Positions 1 to 15,400 of a DNA stretch of 64,000 bases are shown one piece after another. Below the pieces are notes generated by a model, which was not told where the DNA came from, did not search any database, and worked only from the letters and a program-made list of their open reading frames with translations. The stretch's first letter is position 1, and every line of letters begins with the position of its first letter. The stretch lies in the NCBI GenBank assembly GCA_964016885.1, contig OZ024755.1, positions 5,890,001 to 5,954,000 of the forward strand. The letters run 5' to 3'. The position numbers were made by a program, and so were the translations under genes. The DNA comes from Eledone cirrhosa (taxonomy: Eukaryota).

Positions 1-254
1 CATCGTTTCTACATATGCTTTTCCATGCTTGCATGGGTTGGACGGATCCTTCTCAGCACAGCATGGCCAACTGGCCAGACTTGTCTCATGACATGGACGA
101 CCTGTCTAACCCATGCAAGCATGGAGAATGGACGTTAAACAAAGATGATGGTGATGATGATTACTGCAAGAAAACCTTTTATGATAGGGCCTACCAGAAC
201 AGGAATGATGGGGAACTAAACAAAAATGACAGAGATTGTAGTCAGAAAACTTAC

Positions 255-463
255 CCTGATGAAGTGGAGGAGTGTGAATGGCAGGTTGTATATCTCTGAT
301 GGATTACAACACGCCACATTTGGGCAGCCATCAGTTCAGGACCATTGACTGCCCTTACTTCAGGCAGAGGTAAAGTACTGCTCTCATTTTCTGATAGTGT
401 GAAGTTCTGATAGGCAAAAAATTGGTTGACCAAAGAATCCCAGTATTGCAGGGTGCAAGGGAT
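255..463 (-). CDS. VPS13B: VPS13B coding exon 28
   Basis: ttctag|[11 protein letters not shown]...FTLSE...AAQMWR...|gtaagt. Confidence 0.88.
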
Positions 464-3400
464 CTAGAAGATAAGAAAAAGAAAAAAAAAAATTTCAATT
501 TTTTACGCAACCCTATTTTGGGGAAGCCTACCCCAGTACAATGGAAATTGAAAAAAAAACAGATGCAAGGTTTCTTACCTGTGATGGTTGCTGGTCTGTA
601 AAATTGGCCTCATCTAGAAGACTGAATGGTACAGGTGAGATGGTGACATGAGATAGGACACGACTCTGATCATAACACCATGTCATGGAACTGTTACCAT
701 TATTATCACAATTGCAGAATAATATCTGATGCGGGCCAGGGTGCCCATCTGTTACCACTGAATAAGAACAAAAGAAAAATATAAGAATGAAATATGGGGC
801 AGGGTTCGGAAGCTACTATAACATAAATGGGGTTCTAAATATTGAAGTAACATGGCTGAATATGGAACGAGTGAAGTTAAGAATAATTAGAAGGATTCTT
901 CTCTTATTCTTCTTCACCCACTTATCCCTGAGAGGGTCGTGGGGACAGAGTCCTCAAACACCCCTTCCAGCAGGTCCTTACAGAAGCAACCATCTCCAAT
1001 TGATCCAGATGGATCCCGAAACAAGACCAGTTGTGCTCATTGATGTTATCCAACCATCTTGCTCGAGGTCTACCCCTGGGTCTCCTACCCGTTGGTTTTG
1101 CCTGTAAAATCTTCCCTGAGACATTCTAACCACACGCCCATCAGCAATAAGTTGACAAAGAAGTAGACATTATATATTTATAATTCAATGTGCAGGACTC
1201 AGTTTTACAACAGACTGTAAAAAAATATTGTATTGAATATATTTGAAGTTTTTGATACATTAAACTAACAAAGAATTCTTTTCGTTAGGAAGATTTCCTT
1301 TGTTTCTTCTTTTCTTTCTCTTTCTTAAAAGATATTTAATAGAATATTTAATATTTAAGAGGGGCACAATAATCCTTTATGTGCTTAGAGCCTAGAAAAG
1401 ACATAATTTAACTCTAAGTAATAATTGGAGATGGTTGCTGCTGACAGACCCTCTCAGGAATAAGTGGATAAATAAGAAGAAGACATTATATATGAGGGGC
1501 ACTATAATCTTCTATGTGTTTATGTGTTTAGAGCCTTAAAAGGAGTTAATCTGACCGTGAGGGATAAACTACAAACTGACTCACCTGGATCAATGATATA
1601 TTCAAATTTTCCAGTCCGCAAATCATCGACAGTATTCATAGTGACAAAATCCTCCTGACTAATGGAACAGGCTGTTGCTTTGGAATCTGGGTTGGAAGAG
1701 GACTGCTTCGTAAAGAGAGGCTAAAAAAATGAAAGAAAATTAATGACATAAAGAGAGAAAGAGATAATGAATGAGTATGTGATTGGATCAGGACCAGGTG
1801 GGGGGCCTGGGGCAGTTCAAGTTTTGCTGGGTCCCTCATATAATAACTGTTTCTACTTTTGGCACAAGGTCAGCAATTATCCCAGTACATTACTGGTACT
1901 TTACTTTATCGACACCGTAATGATGAAAGGCAAAGTTAACGTCGGCGGGATTTGAACTCAGATCATAAAGGGCCGTAACTCTACACTGCATGGCATGGCG
2001 TCCGACTCTGTATAATCACACACACACATAAGCAGAGAGAGAGAGAGCAGGTAGCAATAACTCTGTCTGAAGAGGTGGGGCCCACTGGGAGTCGATTTAA
2101 ACGACTTTCCCCTCTCCCCAAATTGCTGGCATTGTTGCCTATAGTAGAAATCCTTATCATTACAATTACCAATGAAATAATCATAATTCTGCTTCAACAC
2201 TTACCTTACACTCCTGAAAAAACTGTTCCGCGAAGTCCCGTAGACAAAGAGCATGCTGTTGTCCAAAGTGAACAAGGAGCAGACCCATTTCTAGTGTAAG
2301 TACAGTTTTTGGTAAATAGTCAGGACCACTATGGACACATTGCTGTGATGCTGTAGAAAAGTTAAGGGATGTTGGTCCCAGAAATGGTAATGGTGCTTGC
2401 TTCAAATAGCAGGTCTTCAGTTGAACATCTTTCAAACATAGATTGCTCAAAATTTCATTGACGACCCCTAAAAAACCAACAGAATAGGGGACAGAAGGAT
2501 AACAAATTATTTTTTGTACATATCAGAATAAATACATGTAACAGTTTTCATCACACAAACCACACACAGACAGACACACACACAAACCACATATAAATCA
2601 CATACAGACACACACACAAACCACATATAAATCACATACAGATACATACACAAACCACACAGAGACACACTCACACATAAACTACATAGAGACAGATTCA
2701 CACGAAACACAAACAGACAGACAGAAACACATGCAAACCACAACTCCATCAAGAGTTAAGGGCCCCTTACCTTTTTTTTACCTTTTAACCCTTTCCTGAC
2801 CATATATCTAATGAAATATACTCTATTTCAATTAGTTAATAAAGAATTTTGAAGGATTTACTAAAATTATTAATTATTTCATTACTAAGATAGTAACTTA
2901 ATATAAGGTTCTTATATAAAATTATGTTGGAAGATTTTAATTTAAATAGGAACCCTATATTGCAATTAATTTAAAATGGGTGGTTTTATTTCATAGAACT
3001 AGAGTCGGTTTTGGCCAGGCTGGTAAATAAAGGGTTAATGTGCACCGTTGAGTGCAAAAAAAAAAAAAAAGGTTTGGGGCTGAGTGGCATAGAGTCTCAG
3101 ACTTACCATTCTCACACTGATTAAATGTTACATCCATGTTTATTGTAGTTAGAGATGCGAGGAGTCCAGCAGATACATCGGTGCTTTTCGTTTCCACAGA
3201 GATAACAATTTGGTCAGAGGTTAATGAAAACTGGTCAACCCAGTTCAAGGTTGATAGAAACTGGTAGTTTGCTTCTGTAATGGATAAATAAAATATATTT
3301 TATACACATAATTATTACACACATATCATAAATACATATGTACAGAACAAATTCATTCATAAGCTTTTTGGTGTATTATATAGTATATATATATATAATA

Positions 3401-6400
3401 TAGATACACATAATTTATAAATAATATAAATATAATATATATATAATTATAAATAATATATAAAATATATATATAATATATATATAAAAAAGTCGTGAGT
3501 TCAGCCCCCACTGTAAAGTGGACGTGTAGGTGCCACGGGAAAAAAGTACCCTGCACTCACTGTAAATGAGGTTGGTGTTAGGAAGGGCATCCAGCTCTAG
3601 AAATCGAGCCAGAATTAGTTCCCGTCCACCCTTGCAAGCAGGGAAAAGTGGACGTAAAATGATGATCATGATGATGATGAAGATATATCTTCTTCTTCGC
3701 CCATTTATTCCTGATGCAATGCATACAGATATAAATCTGTAGTTGTGTAAGAGTGAATAAGTTTGAATGTGTTTCAAACTAAAAGTACCTTGAGATTTCG
3801 GTGTTTGTACAGAGGTGGAGATATCTGTTGACTGTGTGTCTTGATTTGTCCTGCTATTAGATTTAATGCTTTGTTCAATCTGGTTGAAGAGTTCTTGTAA
3901 TAAGAGCAACATGTCTGGACTGATGTTTAATTTCAACGGTCGTTCTATGTGCAAAGATACATGAGCTGAAATAGAGAAAAAAATATATTTGTTTTAATAT
4001 TTGGAAATCTAAAGACAATGCAATACAGATTAAAAAAAAAGACTTTTACTATAATTGTTTCTACTTTTGGCAGAAAGTTAGCAATTACCCAGTACATTAC
4101 TGGTACTTTATTTTATCGACCCCGTAAGGATGAAATGCAAAGTTAACCTTGACAGGATTTGAACACAGATCGTAAAGGGACGTAACTATGCTAGAACGCA
4201 TGGCGTCCGACCCTCTACCGATACTGCCAATTCACCTACGTCTTTTACTATAATGAAATGTTATTGTTGTTGTTGTTATTGAGATAGAAATACAGTGTGA
4301 GAGAGAGTGTGTGTGTGTGTGAAAGATAAATAGATAGGTAGAGAGTGTTGTCACCTGAAAATGCAGGGGAACTTTAAGTAGATGTCTATCACCAGGTGTG
4401 GTGAAAAAGTGTGTGTGTGTGTGTGTGTGTGTGTATGTTACTGTATGTCCTAAGGGAAATCTGGGTTACTCTATGATAAAAAACCATTAAAAGAATAAAT
4501 AAATACCTACCTGGTTTGTGGAGAAAATCTGTCAACCTTAGGGTGAAAAAACTTGCTGGTACACCAGTCTTTGGGTGGGGCTGACCAGCACGGGTTTCGA
4601 TCCAACACTGGTTGAAGTCAGCATATTCCGGCAATAACTTATTGCTATCAACTAGAAATAATAATTTTAAAAAAAATGAAGGAAAATAAATCTGGAACAG
4701 CTTACTCAAAGAAGTATTTTAGATAAATATAAACTCTTTAACACTTTAGCATTTAAACCAGCCTTATCTGGCCAGAACTCTCTCACCTCTTTCTGGTCAA
4801 ACTGGCCATATCTGGCTGCTCATACCTACATTAAGGTGTTCTCAAAATAAATAACATCAAAATTTCATAGATTCGATATTATGTGAGATAATTATGTAAG
4901 ATAAAGCCTTTACTGGGAACATATAATAGTAAATATAGAGTAATGTAAATGCTAAAGGGTTGAATTAAACATATTATTACATATCTCACAATGCTCCATA
5001 TTAATTATACTAAATCAAACAGATTTGTATCAGAGAACCAGAGGCAGTTTAAGACAAGACAGGGTTAATTAGAGTCTTACCTGGAAGCTTATGACTGGCA
5101 GAAGGTCCTTTCACCATGACGTCATAGAAGGACATCTCAAACTTCTGACCCTCGGGTTGCAAAGCAACTACTGTGTGTGGTTGAGAGAAGTACAAATAGA
5201 GGTAAGGCACAATGTACGGGCTGATCTTAATCTGCGAAGAAGTGGGTTCATCAGGGTTGTTGAATATTCCGTCATTTGGAAACATCTGTTTGCCACCACT
5301 GAAAGACTTTAAATGTGATGGAAAATGCTCTTGATACATTGAAGAAAATGGGTTATTTGGATTTGAACTGGCATCTCTCTGCTGGTGCTGTTCCCTGTTT
5401 TGTAAATACTCATGAGCATAAACCATGCAGGATATACGACCTGCTGTCAGTAATACTTCCAAAGGCATTTCCAGGGTCATGGCCAACAAAGGAGATATTG
5501 AGGAAGACGGTTTCAACGGATTCTTTGGTGGAAGGGAGGAACATGAAAATGATGTAGCTGTGTGTCGCGAGGCTTTATGTAAACTCTCTATACCTTTGTA
5601 GTTTGTTGTTGTTGATATTTCACTGCCTAGACCACTGTCTGCCACTTGAGAATTCTCTGTGAGAACATGACCCAAACGATCAGCATTTTCCATTTGCTGA
5701 ACACTTCCTTTGGGAATATCCATTTCAAAGAAACAAGATATGTTCTTGTTAATAACTTGCTGGAGTAATGAGATTTGGTTAATACTGACAAAGAAGTCTA
5801 GTTCAGTGGTGACATTTACTTCCAGAGCAGCTCCACATACAAGGAAATCCACCTGCACAAAAGAAAGAAGAATTAATTTATTGGTTTTAGTGATTATATT
5901 CAATAAAAATTTTATTTGCAGAATGATATAAATATTGAAATTAAATTATAATCAAAATGGAATTTATATAAAAGAAACAATATTTTCAAGCACATCCCCA
6001 TCCACCTTTCAAACTACTTCTGTGTCTTACATTTGTTTCCATGAATTCGAAATTAAAATTTTATAATATTTCATAAAAAAAACCCAAAAAACTTAATTTT
6101 CTCACCTGAGCTTTCTGTTCCAAACTGGTCGGCCTGTTGTAGACAATTGGTGGAGCAACAACTACCTTTAGATTGAAGTTGTAAGCCACTGGAACCAGAA
6201 CTACATCATCATTCTCTCGCCTGGTAATGATAAATGTATAAGAAGAATTAACCACAAAGATAGAGGCTTATACAGTGAAATTCTGTTATAACGAAATTCA
6301 TGGGATATAAAAAAAAATTTCTTTATAACGAGATTGACCAAAACACATCGAGCATTTCTTTGTTATTACCTTGGGGATTGAAAAAGATGTTATAATGGAA

Positions 6401-9400
6401 TTCATTATAACAGAATTTTACCTGTATAATGGTTTTTAATTTAGGCAAAAGCTCAGCAATTTTGGTGAGGGGGACAGAATTTACAGGTAAAACCAACCGG
6501 CAGGATTGGTTTTATCTTCATAGGATTTGAACTTAGAATATAAAGAACTCGAATAAATAATGTAACCCATTATAAAAGGCTGAAATATAGAAGAAAATAA
6601 TTTATGAAATAACTTACTGGTTTGGGTATTGAAGTGTGTTCCACTCGAGAGCTGGAATTTGGACAGATGGAGAGATTATTTCAGGAAAGCCACTACTTTT
6701 GGAGATCTTTTTCACAAAATCTTGCCAACGCCCTTTATGAAAAAAAAACAAAACAAAAACAATGATTCCAGCCATTATTTACCAATGCTTTGTAATTAAC
6801 CAATCTGTAAAAAGTCTATTAAGATTTAGAAATAGTGAGAAAGCAGTGACATATTGCTGGGGGTTCATCTGCACCCCCAAAAAAATTGTTGTTGGAAAAT
6901 TTCGTCATTTTTGTTGGAACATTATAAATGTCTGCTCCTTCAAAAATGATAAGAGCAATATGCTTTTGTGAGAGAGAGAAAGTGAAAAAGAAAGACATTG
7001 GGAGTGTCGACCCCAGTACTGGACTGGTAATCTATTTATCAACCTCAAAAGGATTAAAAGCAAATTTGACTTTGGCAGGATTTGAACTCAGAGTGTAGAG
7101 AGGAGCAATGAATCCTATAAAGTATTCCATCCAAGGCTCTGCTAATTAGCCATCTTATATTTTGTCATAGTGTTTCATGAATAAATTAATTAATTGTTAG
7201 TTAGACTTACCTGAAGAAAGGGAAAGTCCTTTGATGTCAAATTGATATTGTCTGTCTTCAATGGCTGATCCAGGTTGGTGAGTGATCCCCGCTTGAAGTG
7301 CATGAGCAAAGAGGTGTTTGCAAACGACATAGCGTGGCAGAGGGTTATCAGCCTGAGACGACAAGCTCAGTAGATGAAACTGCAGTAATAACATGTCATG
7401 TTCTAGAGTTGTATTTGACATGCTTTTAGTTCTGACATCTGCTGTACTGCGGCCATTAGGAAAGAACATACGTACGCAAGACAGATTCACATACATTAAT
7501 GGCAAGCTGCTTGTAGTGAAAGAGAACGAAGGACCTTTTTGGTTGGCTTCACTGTCAGTAAATGTGGTCGCTCCAGTTCTGCAAAGTTTGTGTAAACCTG
7601 ACATCAGCAGAGAGAGCTCGGCAATATCAAACACAGACTTTATGGCTGGCAAATAGATTACCACATCACACGGTTCCATACTTAGACACACTTCAGAGAT
7701 GTACTTATGGAAGTACAGGTTCTCACCAGAACTCGATGCTTCAATATCATGAAGGCCAATAAGTTCAACGTTCAATTTACAAAGCCGCCTCTTGACATTT
7801 TTACACAAAGCTCGCGTAAATGTCAACGACAGGAAACCATGTCTTTTCTCTCTTGGTTGGTCGGTAGATGACTGAAACAAGTTGACAGTAGACGTCTGAA
7901 GACCATTATTAGATAAAGACCAGAGACGAGGTCCAACAATCTGCGTATTTGATACTAAATCAGGAGTACAGGAAAGTATTATACCCTCATAAGGTCCTTT
8001 TCTCCAGCTATTACTGTCAGTCCTAAAAAATATAAACATATTTTGGTGACAGAAAAAATATAAATATATTTAAGTGAAGGAAAATATATAAATATATTTT
8101 GGTGAAAGAAAAAATATAAATTTTATGCAATATATACAGCACAACAACAAACATTTTAAGCCCTTTTTCTCTGTAAAGGCATGGGTTAGCCTTGTAGTTC
8201 CTATGATAAGCCATGATAGGGTCATTTTCAGGCAATATTTTCCTGTCGGGTGCCATTCCTGGTGCCAACCTTTTAGTCGCCTCTTATGACATGCAGGGAT
8301 ATAGTGTATATATACGTATTCACATATACAGAGAAAGATATTAAGAATTTTGCTGTCAATAAATTGAACACCTGGAAAAGGTTTAGTTCTTTTGATATCA
8401 AAACTGCTTAAATCTGCTCCTGGTTCTATTATACTAAACTATTTATTTCAAAGTGTTTATATTTGTCTAAAAACCATGTCATAATTTTATGTAAAAAGCT
8501 TTAAGTTATGCTCCAAACAGCAACTTAATAATGATGAGAAAGCTGGTCATATCATTAAATCACTCTGTATTCATGATTATTTTCAAAATAGTTTAAAAAA
8601 TGATATGCTGTGTATTTCATTAGAAATATGTTAACAAAAGTAGAAATTGGAACTAACCTTCTGAGATGGTGAGTTATACCGATAGAGCCAATGTTAGCTT
8701 TGGCTTTGATGTATATCTCTTGGACATCAATGGAAATTGCCAATTCATCCAGCAAGCAAATTATTTGGTTTTCTGGAAAAGAAATAATAATCCTCATCAT
8801 CATCACCATTTAACATCCATTTTTCCACGTTAGCATGGGTTAGACTAGTTGTCCTATTGTGAGACTAGTCAGATCAGATGACTCTGTCTTGTTCATACAG
8901 AACTGGTTCTGGCTTGGTTTCTATGGCTGGAGGATGCCCTCCCTAATGGCAACCACATTTACAGTGTGTACTTGGTACTTTTTATCGTGCCACCTACATG
9001 ATGATAATAACAACAACAACATTCCAGGTTATGCAGTATAGAGGGGAAACTTGTTCTAACCATACATCAACAATACTTTAATGTTTTGGGGTTTTTTTTC
9101 GTTAAAATATGAGAACTTTTATGAGTCGACAGCATTTCACCATAGGCAACCCCTAAGAAACTTTAAAACAGAATCATTACAGGATCTTCCTCTTCTTCTT
9201 CTTTGCCCACTTATTCCTGAGAGGGTCATGGGGGCAGAGTCCTCCAGCAGGTCCTGTCAGAAGGAATTGTTTCCAACTGATCTGGCTGGATCCCCAAGCA
9301 AGACCAGAGCTCATGGATGTTATCCAACCATCTTGCTCAAGGTCTGCCCCTGGGTTTCCTACAAGTTGGTTTTGCTTTATACTCATCATAAGATCGTAAG

Positions 9401-12400
9401 GTAATGTTTTACAGAGAGTTGCCCTTCGTGGCATCAACCCTTTTGGTTACCTCTTACAACATACAGGTAAATATAGTTTACCTGTTCTAAACTAGATACA
9501 CGCAAGTAGAGAATACATACAGGGGACGCAGAAATAAACACGTAAGTATTTACTTATACATAGATTTAAAATGTATTTCTTACCTTCTTCTTTAACAGTA
9601 TCTGTACCATAGATTTTAATCTCACAGCTAGGACATGTCCACTGCAGCCACAGAGACAATTTAACTCCTTCTGCATAAGAATCATCCTCCATTTCCTGAT
9701 CCCGAATAGGTGTGGCCTCACGGGAAAACTCCCCGGATGTCTCTGTAAAACCGGTGACATCCATATCGTTTGATATGCTAGTACTGTAAGTTTGAGCATG
9801 AGTGTGACTATGAGAGAACACAGACTGGTTCTGTTGAGAGATGAGATCTTTCTGATGAGGTTTACCAGCAGCCATTTCCGTGGCGGTAGCCACTTTCTCA
9901 CTGGAAGCTTTTGGGATTGACAGGGTAGATATTTTGCTACCTTCCACTATTAGTTGGTTTAGAAGAGAAATACAAAGTTGAATCTGAAAATAAAATAAAC
10001 AGATATTCCCATAATTCATGAACATCAAAAATATGGAAAATCAAAGAAATAATGTCTTTATTGATTTTTCCATTGCTGATAAGGGTCAGATTTAGACCTT
10101 GGGGAACCCGGGCCACTTCAGGTTTTGGGGACCACTCATACACAAAAAATTAGAACACACAGCAAACCCCACCAATTTTACATATCAAAGTTAGATTGGT
10201 ACAAGTAATTGGAATTGAAAAGTTATACATTCAGGAATTAAATTCAAATATTCTCACCATCCTAAAACTAAAAAAAAACAGCTGAGGGCACAAATAAATT
10301 GCTACAGTCATAGGTGGTGGAGCCCCCACAACAGAAATGTTAAAGTGTCAGGCTAAATCCTTTACAGTATTTAGTTGGGTTACTCTTTTATGTGTTCCAG
10401 TCGACTGGCTGAGGCCATGCTGGGGCACCGCAGTTCTTTCAGATTCTATGTTCAAAATCCTGCTTTCCTTAGTCACAATTGTCTTTCATTCCCTCCAGGG
10501 TTGATAATGTAGTTAAACTAGTAATTTAATCAACTCTAGTTCCTTCCTTACAATCTTATGGCCTGATGCCAACCAACATTAGAAATTATCATTAACCCTT
10601 TCGTCACTATATTGTTGCTGATATATATTTAGAGAGCAGCAATATTTAACCTTCTAGATGCTCCAGGCGCATGATGTCACCAATAGAGTAACCTCCCCTT
10701 AATACATAATTCAGTGTCAAGGGAAGCAATTCATACAAATTTTTAGCTAGCTAAAATTTAGAGAGTCAAGAAACAATAAAATACAAAAGAAGAAATGTCT
10801 TACCTGTCTGAGAGAACAAGCAAACTTCATAGTATGCATGTCAAGATGGAGACACAAAGCTAGAGAAGATATGTTGTCAGATGCAGGAGGGTGGTATTTT
10901 GTTGACACAGCAACAGTACATGATACACTGCCAGGTTTCACTAAAGAGAAAGCCTTCTTCATTGGGTGCAAACTGTACATAGAATAGTTGCTGACGGTGA
11001 TGGTCCAGGGTAGCTTGTCACCTACAATTAACAAGGAGGAATCACAGTATTGAAACTACAATTTATACCAAATGTAAGAAGGTAGAGCAGAAAAACATTG
11101 CTTATCAAACATTTTATTGAAAACATCAAATGTCAATACATAAATACATACCAAGTATGGAACCTTCCAGACTACGGACAGGAATATCTTGCATCATAAA
11201 TATAGATCGTGGTCCAGAGGTGTGTACAGTGACATGTGGTAGACATACAACTAATATGTCACATGATAGTCCAGCATTAAAAGCATCTTTTAGGTTGCCT
11301 GGTATATCCATGCTTGGTTCAGATTGAAGCATGCTTTTCGATGGAAAGAAGACAGACCATGGCTGCAGGGTGATCTGTTAATAATTTAAAAAAAAATTAT
11401 TATTTGAAATCTAAACTATAATAAAGTAAGGAGTGCGGGACTGTGTCCAGAATATATTTTTTTATCCCATTAGTAAAATAAGTTGGATTACTTTGAATAA
11501 ATAATGAATGAATATTACATAATTTATCTACTAAATTTCGATAATCTTGATTAAATATAAATAATTTTGTGGCTTATTTTAAGATTCACTTCTTTAAAAT
11601 GTTCAAATGTCAACACTTCTGGTTAGCGATCGCTTAAATAAACATTCATATATTTCCGTCACTAATTTTCTCCTAATGCAGTTTATATATAACATCGTCT
11701 GTTTTTAATGTATCATGGATTACGTTACTGATTACATAAGACAGTGTAACGCAGTCTTCGTTCAATTTCTGTGTTTATTGTCAATTACAATTTCATTTGA
11801 TGTATCATATCTACATGCATATATACGTGCGTATAATATCAATATACACACTACACATGCTAGCAGAAAACCACCCGAAGGGTGGATTTCTGCTAGTTAT
11901 AATAAAAATGTTAACAGAGAAAAATACCAACAACGCCAGCGGTGATGAGAGGGGAGACTAGTATACATGGGCAACTGCTGATCTTCCACAAAACTACCTT
12001 GTCCAGGCTTGCACCTTGGAGAAGAGCTATTCAGGTTCAAACCCATGGTCAGTTATGGTTGATGGGAGTGGTGGTGTTATTACACAACCTGTAGGGATAC
12101 GGTGTACTTTCCTCATTTGACTAAACTTCAGCAGAATAAAAATGTTAGCAATGAAGAAAAAAAAACAAATATGTCTTACCTGAAGCTGCATGATGCGCAG
12201 TAATGGGAAATGTTTGGCCAGTGTGTTGCCCAGATTATCACTCTGAGTAAGATCCTCAGGTTTGCCTGATATGTGGGTGCCTTCTTTCGGTTGTTGAGAT
12301 GCTGACTGTGTTTGGGTAGCTGACTGGCTTGGACCAGTTACTGTGGTAGGATGACATGTGGAACTACTAGATGCTATTGATGCTAAAATAATAAATGATA

Positions 12401-15400
12401 CAGACGTTACAACATCAACAAGCATTCCAACAACAATAACAACAACAATTGTTTTGAGACTACTTTCCCTGCAAAAACAAAGCTGGATTTAGCCTTGTGG
12501 GACCTGTTTTGACCCTTTTGTTACAGCCATTTTATCAAAATACACTGCCTACGAGTATCAATTTTTTTCAAAATTATTTCCAAAATCATTTTCAAGATAA
12601 TAGGGAGTTCTTTTTGATGAGTTGTTGAGTTTACCTTGAGAGAGGTTTCTTTGTAAAGGTGATGTAGTTTGTACAAGTTCAGGATCTATTGTTACACTGG
12701 TTGTCTTTTGATGTGATCTCTGTTGGTGAGGTACTTTCAAATCAACTTTACTCTTTGGAGTGTATGAAAGCCACTGATAAATGGAAGAATCTAACATGAT
12801 AGCTACACCACACACATTCATCTGTAGTAATGCAGGAGCTGGAAAGAAAAGAAAACATTACAATTACCATTACTCAAAGGTTGATTTCCATCAATCACAA
12901 CAAAACAACTGTTTTAACCCTTTAGCATTCACATTGCTCTATATTTACTATTATATTTTCACAGTAAAGGTTTTACCTCATAATTATCTCACATAATATC
13001 GAATCTGTGAGATTTTAATATTATTTATTTCGAGAACAATACCTTTACATCAGTATGAGTGGCCGGTTACAGTCGGTTTAAACAGAAAGAGGTGAGAGAA
13101 TTCTGGCTGGATATGGCCGGTTTAAATGCTAAAGGGTTAAGATCATTCCTGATGGTGATATGGTGGTGGTGGTGGTGGTGATAATGACAATGATGATGAT
13201 TGATATGATGACAATGATGATGATTGATATGATGATAGTGATGATGATGATGATGATGGTGATGGTGATTAATGATGATGGTGGTGGTGATGGTTAGAAT
13301 GACAATCAAATCCTACTCTACCTTCTGGTGTATCAATCTTTGAAGGTAATTGAACCGTGAAACTGAGCCAGTCGACAGAGTCCAAAGATGGCAGCGTTGG
13401 AGGAGCATTGCCGGAATAGTAGAGTGATGATGTCACAGTTGTTGTTTGTGAGGGTCCGGAGATAATAGGGATTATGTGCCCTTTGTCACTGCCCCCTCCA
13501 CCAGTAGAAATAGAACAAAAACAAAAGAAAAACAATCAAACAATGTTTATTCGTTTAATAATAATCGTTTCTACTTTTTGGCACAAGGCCAGCAAATTAT
13601 CCAGTACATTACTGGTACTTTATTTTATCGACCCCGTAAGGATGAAGGCAAAATTAACCTCGACGGGATTTGAACTCAGAATGGCAAGGGTCGTAACTCT
13701 ATGCGTCAAAGCATGGTGTCCGATCCTCTACTGATACTGCCAATCCACCGCCTGTATTCGTTTAATAATAATACTGAAAATTATCGTGTACACTGCTCAG
13801 GTGCACTACAACTCATCAAATGTGCATGTATAGTAGATAGAATAATGTACAAATGTCAGGAAAGTGAACAGTGTCTGAGTCATGATATACACACAGATAC
13901 ATGCGTGTGTATGGAGGGGGGATATCAGGTGTAGTGTTGGCGAATTTCGGGAAGCATGGAAGTTTCAAAGGATGCAATGTCTCGACAGCTAAAAAACCAA
14001 TGCAAAAAAACAAAAACAATTACACTTTAACCCGTTTTGTAACAGTATATCTAACAAAATCCAATCTATTTTTATATATTGATTAAGGATTTTAAGGGAT
14101 TTACTAAAATTATTAATTATTTCATTACTAAGATAGTAATTTAATATATGGTTCATCATCATCACTTTACGTCCGCTTTTCCCTGCTTGCAAGGGTGGGA
14201 CGGGAACTGATTCTGGCTTGATTTCTACAGCTGGATGCCCTTCCTAACACCAACCTCATTTACAGTGAGTGCTGGGTGCTTTTTTTGCCGTGGCACCTCC
14301 ACGACCACTTTGCAGTGGAATGATATAGACCCCAGTCCCTATCATCTCATTTCTACAGCTGAGTAAACTGGAGCAATAAAGTGAAATAAAGTGTCTTGCT
14401 CAAGGAAACAACACATCACCCGGTCTGAGAATTGAACTCACAACCTTTTGATTGCAAGCCCAATGCTCTAACCACTAAGCCATGTGCCTTCATAAATAAA
14501 ATTATTTCTCAACAATTTAATAAGGATTACTTACTGTTAACATACATAACAGCTTGAATACTGGTTAAGGTTCCTGTGAAAGCATTTGCAGAAGGTGTGA
14601 GACAACATCTCATTTCAAAGGTACCAAGTGTCAGTTCAAATAATGGCAGCAATTTATAGGAACTGCTACTGCTGTCATGATCTGTAATTAAATATATCAA
14701 ATTGAAATATGCCAGTAACTTACCATTAAATATAATATCAATATCATCATCAATGTTTAATGTCCGTTCTCCCTGCTGGCAAGATTTGGACTGGTCATCA
14801 CAGACCAAGTCAGTACTTAACTAAAGTCGCTGATCACTCATATGGGCCAGAGGATGTAGCTTGCTTGCAGACAGTCCTGTACTCTACAGAGTGTACTGGG
14901 TACATTTTATCATGGCGCTAGCACTAAGGAGTTTGTCATGTCTTTGACAAAACTGAAGTACTTTGAATTATATATTAAACTGAGCAAACCTCGAAACAAA
15001 ACCTTTTCAAGAATGACCACCACCTCTTTTATATATAGTACAATGTATTTGAGATAGTAGGGTGTGAGTTGAGGAAGATTTAGCTGCTATTTCTGGCAAT
15101 TTGAGCATTCTGCCAATCTCCCACTTTTGTTACAACATAAATGAAAGAGGAAATGTAGGTGTAGCTTGCTCCCATAATGTTGAATCTCACTGGATGTTTC
15201 TTGGATGTTTCAATGATAGGAGGCCAAGTCTTATCAAGAAAAAAAAAACGTGAAATGAAGCATCTTGTTCAAGTATACAACATGCTGCCTGGTCCAGGAA
15301 TCGAACCCACAACCTTATGATTGCGAGTCCAACATGTTAACCACAAGCCTCATGTCTTCTAAAAAGTTTAAAGTCTGTACTGAGCCTGGACGCTCATCAG

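Noticed and set aside
6618-6732. Suspected frameshift before IPALEWN in VPS13B
   Set aside because: A careful re-translation shows one open frame with matching phases.
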